In this document: piece after piece, positions 8,535-11,892 of the stretch
Layout: every line of letters starts with the position of its first letter
Numbering within the stretch: the first letter of the stretch is position 1
Assembly (NCBI GenBank): GCA_002317795.1
Contig: NVWC01000011.1
Span: forward strand, 19,328-31,219
From: Nitrososphaerota archaeon
GTDB taxonomy: Archaea; Thermoproteota; Nitrososphaeria; Nitrososphaerales; Nitrosopumilaceae
Length of the DNA: 11,892 nucleotides
Reading direction: 5' to 3'
The notes under the pieces: model-generated
Seen by the model: the letters and a program-made list of their open reading frames with translations, nothing else
The model's database searches: none
Told to the model about the DNA's origin: nothing
Translations under genes and position numbers: made by a program

Positions 8535-8578
8535 TAAATTTTATACATCACTCGAATTTATGTATAATAACTCAGGAG

Positions 8579-8929
8579 TCAAGACATTACATCTAATAAA
8601 AATTGAATCCTTGTGGGTTTTTTTTCAACAGAATAAACCCCCATTTTTTTGAGTTCTTTAATTTTAGTTTCATTTAACATTGTAGCAGTTAAAATAATGA
8701 TTTTAAGTTCTTTAATCTTATTTTCTTTTATTAGTTCATTTAGTACATCATATCCCGAAAATTCAGGCATGTTAAGATCTAAAAGTATAACATCAAAAGA
8801 TTTTCTTTTTAACAAAGCAAGACCTGATAAACCATCATTTACTGTTGTGCATTTTATTTTCTTGTAAGACAAAAATTTTGATAGTGTATTTGTAATAGAT
8901 TCATTATCATCAATGATTAGAACTTTAAT
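8579..8929 (-). CDS. Stand-alone response-regulator receiver (CheY-like), inferred ATT start
   Basis: (I/M)KVLIIDDNESITNTLSKFLSYKK...ILLDLNMPEFSG...IILTA...KKP retains all catalytic residues. The track start at 8872 omits the DD pocket. It is a paralog of 3718-4077. Confidence 0.85.
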   Translation of the reverse strand: MKVLIIDDNESITNTLSKFLSYKKIKCTTVNDGLSGLALLKRKSFDVILLDLNMPEFSGYDVLNELIKENKIKELKIIILTATMLNETKIKELKKMGVYSVEKKPTRIQFLLDVMS

Positions 8930-9039
8930 GATATTCTACATCCACTTTATTTGATTTAATCATAATATGTTTAGGGATATTTTGTGCGTGTAACATGTTC
9001 ATCATACATAATATAATTTGATAAGATTAATTAAGGCAC

Positions 9040-9077
9040 ACTCTCTTTAGGGCGCTCTAAAAGGAATCTCTTAAATA
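9040..9077 (+). promoter_or_regulatory. Candidate operator palindrome and TATA box upstream of the wHTH gene
   Basis: TTTAGGGCGCTCTAAA (9046-9061) has 7 of 8 symmetric pairs. CTTAAATA (9070-9077) lies 26-33 nt before ATG 9103. Confidence 0.5.
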
Positions 9078-9102
9078 AGATTTTTTAAACTTAATTTAAA
9101 AG

Positions 9103-9390
9103 ATGAAAAAAAAACAATCTCATCTTAGAAAGGAACGTAGAAGTAAACTTGATATCTATTTTGATATTTTATATGCGATTCAACAAGAGCAAACAAAAGA
9201 GGGCGTAAAACCCACTATTATTCAATACAAAAGTGGAATGTCTTATGACAAAATAACAAAGCATCTCGCAGCGCTTCAAGAAAAGAAACTAGTTTCCAAA
9301 AAACAATACTATCATATTACTGAGAAAGGACATATTTTTTTAACAGAATATAGTATGATCAAGGAATTTGTAGAAAAGATGGATCTATAA
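9103..9390 (+). CDS. Winged helix-turn-helix transcriptional regulator (archaeal HTH_45-like)
   Basis: RRSKLDIYFDIL...KPTIIQYKSGMSYDKITKHLAALQEKKLV...YHITEKG matches the small archaeal wHTH pattern. Confidence 0.88.
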   Translation: MKKKQSHLRKERRSKLDIYFDILYAIQQEQTKEGVKPTIIQYKSGMSYDKITKHLAALQEKKLVSKKQYYHITEKGHIFLTEYSMIKEFVEKMDL

Positions 9391-9494
9391 TCACACTCCA
9401 CGATATTCCTGATTTATTGAATATGATAAAAATGTCATAACCATTTATTTTTATCATATAAACACTATGAAGAAATTATGAAGATGAAAACATA

Positions 9495-11033
9495 GTGTCT
9501 ACAATATTAAAAATAAATAAAATAAGACTATGGATAATTACTTTTACTATAATTACTGCAATTATAGTCTCTGCTTGGATAACATTAGGAATACCAGAAT
9601 TAATGAAATTGCCATCAGATTATCAATTAATCATCGAACATGAAGTTGAAGATAGAATTATAGATTATTGGGGAGGTCCACTATCTGAAAGTATCCCAAT
9701 TAAAGAAACATCCATATCTCGTAGCAACACAGAAGATGATCATTTGATTATTGATTCATCACTAATAGCGATAGATCTCAAAACAGGTGATATAATTTTT
9801 GATTCCTTTCAAACATTTGAGGTAAATCCATACACACGGGAACACGCCTCTAATGTTCAGGGACTTTTTGAACTTCCTCCAAATGTGAAAAAACAAACTT
9901 ATGAATTATTTTCTTCATTAACCCATTCTCCACTAACACTGAAATTTGAAAAAGAAAACACACGACTAGGATTGGATGTTTATGATTTTTCATGTGGATC
10001 TTACCAAGTAGATGATTCTAATGCTTGGGATGAATTTGCCCCCAATCCAGTATTTTTAGATACAACTTGTAAAATGTCAGTTGAACCAATCACAGGACAG
10101 ATAGTAGATTTTCAACAAACTTGGCATGACTATAGTATTGAAAATGGAGAAATAATTGATGTTGCGATTGGGAGCAAAGCAGTAACTGATTTCTCTATTA
10201 GTGTACTAGTTAAATCCGCTCAAAATAAAATTCAATTGTACTATGTGTATGAAACAATAATTCCAATATTGATGAGTTTCATTGCTTGTACCTTACTGAT
10301 TGGTGGGATATACAGAGAAAAATTATCAATACGAATTAGACAAAATATTCAAGCAGAAATACAATTAGAGATAGCAAAACAAAAAATAAAAAATGAACGA
10401 CTGATAACAATTGGTGAGTCTGCAGGCAGGATAGCTCATGATTTTCGAGGTCTATCATCTCTAATTAGAATGAATTTAGAACTAATTCAAATATCAAACC
10501 ATGATCTTAAAAGTTCAAAGCAAATGGCCAGAATTTTTAGGGCTGTTGATACTATTGATAGACAAATAGAATCAATAATGGATTTTGTAAGACATACACC
10601 TCTAAAATTAGATAATTATTCATTATCAAAAATTTTTGAATCAGTAAAAAATTCTATAGATATTCCTGCTAGTATCAAAATAGATTTTCCAAAAACTGAT
10701 GTCAATTTTTGGTGTGATGAAAAAGAATGTGAACAATTATTTCATAATCTAATAATGAATTCCATTGAGTCAATAGGCGATAAAGATGGAAATATTACAA
10801 TTAAATTAAAAGATACAGAAAAACAATTCGAAATAATATTTGAGGATTCAGGCACTGGTATTTCTTCTGAAAATTTGGATAAGATTTTTGAGCCATTATT
10901 TACAACTAAAAAAACAGGAACGGGTTTTGGATTAGCTAGCTGTAAAAATATTGTAGAACGATTGAGGGGAACAATAAAGGTGCAAAATAATCCTACTGTA
11001 TTTATAATTGTAATTCCAAAAAATCAGAATTAA
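9495..11033 (+). CDS. Sensor histidine kinase with a DUF3068/PorA-like extracellular domain
   Basis: N-terminal TM, an extracellular region with GLDVYDF and VEPITGQIVD motifs, and a second TM. H box IAHDFR, N box NLIMNS, G1 DSGTGI, FEPLFTTK and G2 GTGFGL are present. The kinase call is strong; the sensor-domain call is from motif recall. Confidence 0.9.
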   Translation: MSTILKINKIRLWIITFTIITAIIVSAWITLGIPELMKLPSDYQLIIEHEVEDRIIDYWGGPLSESIPIKETSISRSNTEDDHLIIDSSLIAIDLKTGDIIFDSFQTFEVNPYTREHASNVQGLFELPPNVKKQTYELFSSLTHSPLTLKFEKENTRLGLDVYDFSCGSYQVDDSNAWDEFAPNPVFLDTTCKMSVEPITGQIVDFQQTWHDYSIENGEIIDVAIGSKAVTDFSISVLVKSAQNKIQLYYVYETIIPILMSFIACTLLIGGIYREKLSIRIRQNIQAEIQLEIAKQKIKNERLITIGESAGRIAHDFRGLSSLIRMNLELIQISNHDLKSSKQMARIFRAVDTIDRQIESIMDFVRHTPLKLDNYSLSKIFESVKNSIDIPASIKIDFPKTDVNFWCDEKECEQLFHNLIMNSIESIGDKDGNITIKLKDTEKQFEIIFEDSGTGISSENLDKIFEPLFTTKKTGTGFGLASCKNIVERLRGTIKVQNNPTVFIIVIPKNQN

Positions 11034-11049
11034 AAATATCCGTAACACA

Positions 11050-11360
11050 TTACGATTTTATTAACTCTTCAATTTCTTTTTGCAAGTCATGTAATTCTAT
11101 TGGTTTTTTAATAATTCCTCTAATTCCTTTTTGAACAAGTCTCCGAATCTCTGCATCATTAATGGTATATTCAGAAAGCAAAACAATGTTAAAATTATTA
11201 ATATTATCTTTTTTTCCAATTCCCCAATTACATTGTATCCAGAAAAATTAGGCATTGCTAAATTAAGTAAAACTAGATCATACGAGTTATTTTTTATCAA
11301 ATCAACTGCTTCTTTTCCTGAATTTGTGAATGAGAATTTATGCCCCATCACCTTAAAAAT
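11050..11360 (-). pseudogene. 5'-truncated, frameshifted receiver gene
   Basis: IFKVMGHKFSFTNSGKEAVDLIKNNSYDLVLLNLAMPNFSG...ELEK, then a shift at T7 11209-11215, then DNINNFNIVLLSE...IIKKPIELHDLQKEIEELIKS*. The DD strand is missing and the phosphoacceptor position is Asn. Confidence 0.8.
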
Positions 11361-11537
11361 AAATTAGATGAAATATTTGAACCATTATACACTACAAAAC
11401 AACAAGGTACAGGATTGGGTCTTGCTAGTGTTAAATCTATAATTAATGCTCATAGTGGAACAATTTCTGTAACTACACCCCCAACAATTTTTACAATTTC
11501 TTTACCAAAAATATTGAAAAATGGGTTAAAAAAATAA
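11355..11537 (+). pseudogene. C-terminal HATPase fragment of a histidine kinase
   Basis: KNKLDEIFEPLYTTKQQGTGLGLASVKSIINAHSGTISVTTPPTIFTISLPK contains only the F and G2 boxes. The H, N and G1 boxes are absent. Confidence 0.85.
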
Positions 11538-11672
11538 AACATATTTTTGACAAAACAGATACATCCAAAATTACATAATTATGTGTAAATTGTGATTTTT
11601 TACAGATCTTTCTAAAGATTGATCATTATGATCACATAATATGTAATATTAGAAAAATTTCAATGATAATTT

Positions 11673-11892
11673 ATGAGTTTTTATGATTCTACAGTACTTT
11701 TGGTGGAAGATAGCCCAGCTGTAACTATGATATTAACACAATATATTAAAAAAAGTGGTTTTACTAAAATTGTCACAAGTGCTAATGGAGAAGATGCGAT
11801 TGAAAAATTTGATGAATTAATAAAAATCGGAGTATTGCCACTAGTATTTTTAGACTATGAATTACCTGATATGTGTGCATTAGATATTGCCC
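11673..11892 (+). CDS. Response regulator, 5' part (runs off the right edge)
   Basis: ATG at 11673 gives MSFYDSTVLLVEDSPAVTMILTQYIKKSGFTKIVTSANGEDAIEKFDELIKIGVLPLVFLDYELPDMCALDIA, with the ED pocket and FLDYELPD phosphoacceptor. Confidence 0.9.
   Translation, partial: MSFYDSTVLLVEDSPAVTMILTQYIKKSGFTKIVTSANGEDAIEKFDELIKIGVLPLVFLDYELPDMCALDIA

Larger units (their letters stand above)
386..11892. mobile_element. Probable degraded tRNA-anchored genomic island (right boundary not seen)
   Basis: An integrase-like stub lies 47 nt downstream of the tRNA, followed by TA-like remnants, several pseudogenes and accessory signalling genes. No repeat of the tRNA 3' end was found in the window, so the extent is uncertain. 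Confidence 0.5.

Noticed and set aside
1694-11360. Receiver N-terminus at 1741 and receiver C-part at 11360 as permuted halves of an integrated circle
   Set aside because: Only AAATAA is shared at the ends, and joining there is out of frame. The left remnant has its own tail, and the right break is explained by a local deletion.
7053-11367. Plus-strand track ORFs 7053-7262, 7875-8108, 8274-8537, 8649-8867 and 11131-11367
   Set aside because: They are antisense to kinase or receiver sequences and show no independent coding signal.
11355-11537. Recent tandem duplication of the 3' end of kinase 9495-11033
   Set aside because: Similarity is limited to family motifs with many differences, so the fragment derives from a separate paralog.
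386-11892. attR copy of the tRNA 3' end, CRISPR array, IS ends or tandem repeats
   Set aside because: None were found by eye. An attR may lie beyond the window.

Overview
Very AT-rich archaeal sequence, most consistent with a Nitrosopumilus-like ammonia-oxidising archaeon (inferred from tRNA intron type and protein families; no search was run). It opens with a partial hypothetical gene and a tRNA-Val(CAC) that carries a 19-nt bulge-helix-bulge intron at the non-canonical 44/45 position. Downstream lies what looks like a decayed tRNA-anchored island. Its left part holds an integrase stub fused in frame to an antitoxin-like remnant, an AbiEii-like nucleotidyltransferase with a nonsense codon, a collapsed receiver gene, a small RHH-like gene and a frameshifted secreted protein. 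A two-component cluster follows. Its core is mirror-symmetric: receiver -> Cache-HAMP-PAS pseudokinase, convergent with CHASE3-HAMP-PAS kinase <- receiver. Both of these receivers lack a canonical start codon and have ATT where Met is expected. A wHTH regulator, a DUF3068/PorA-like sensor kinase, two deletion-fused remnants and a final partial receiver complete the window. The printed line starting at 9001 appears to hold 62 characters, so coordinates 9031-9060 were counted back from 9061.
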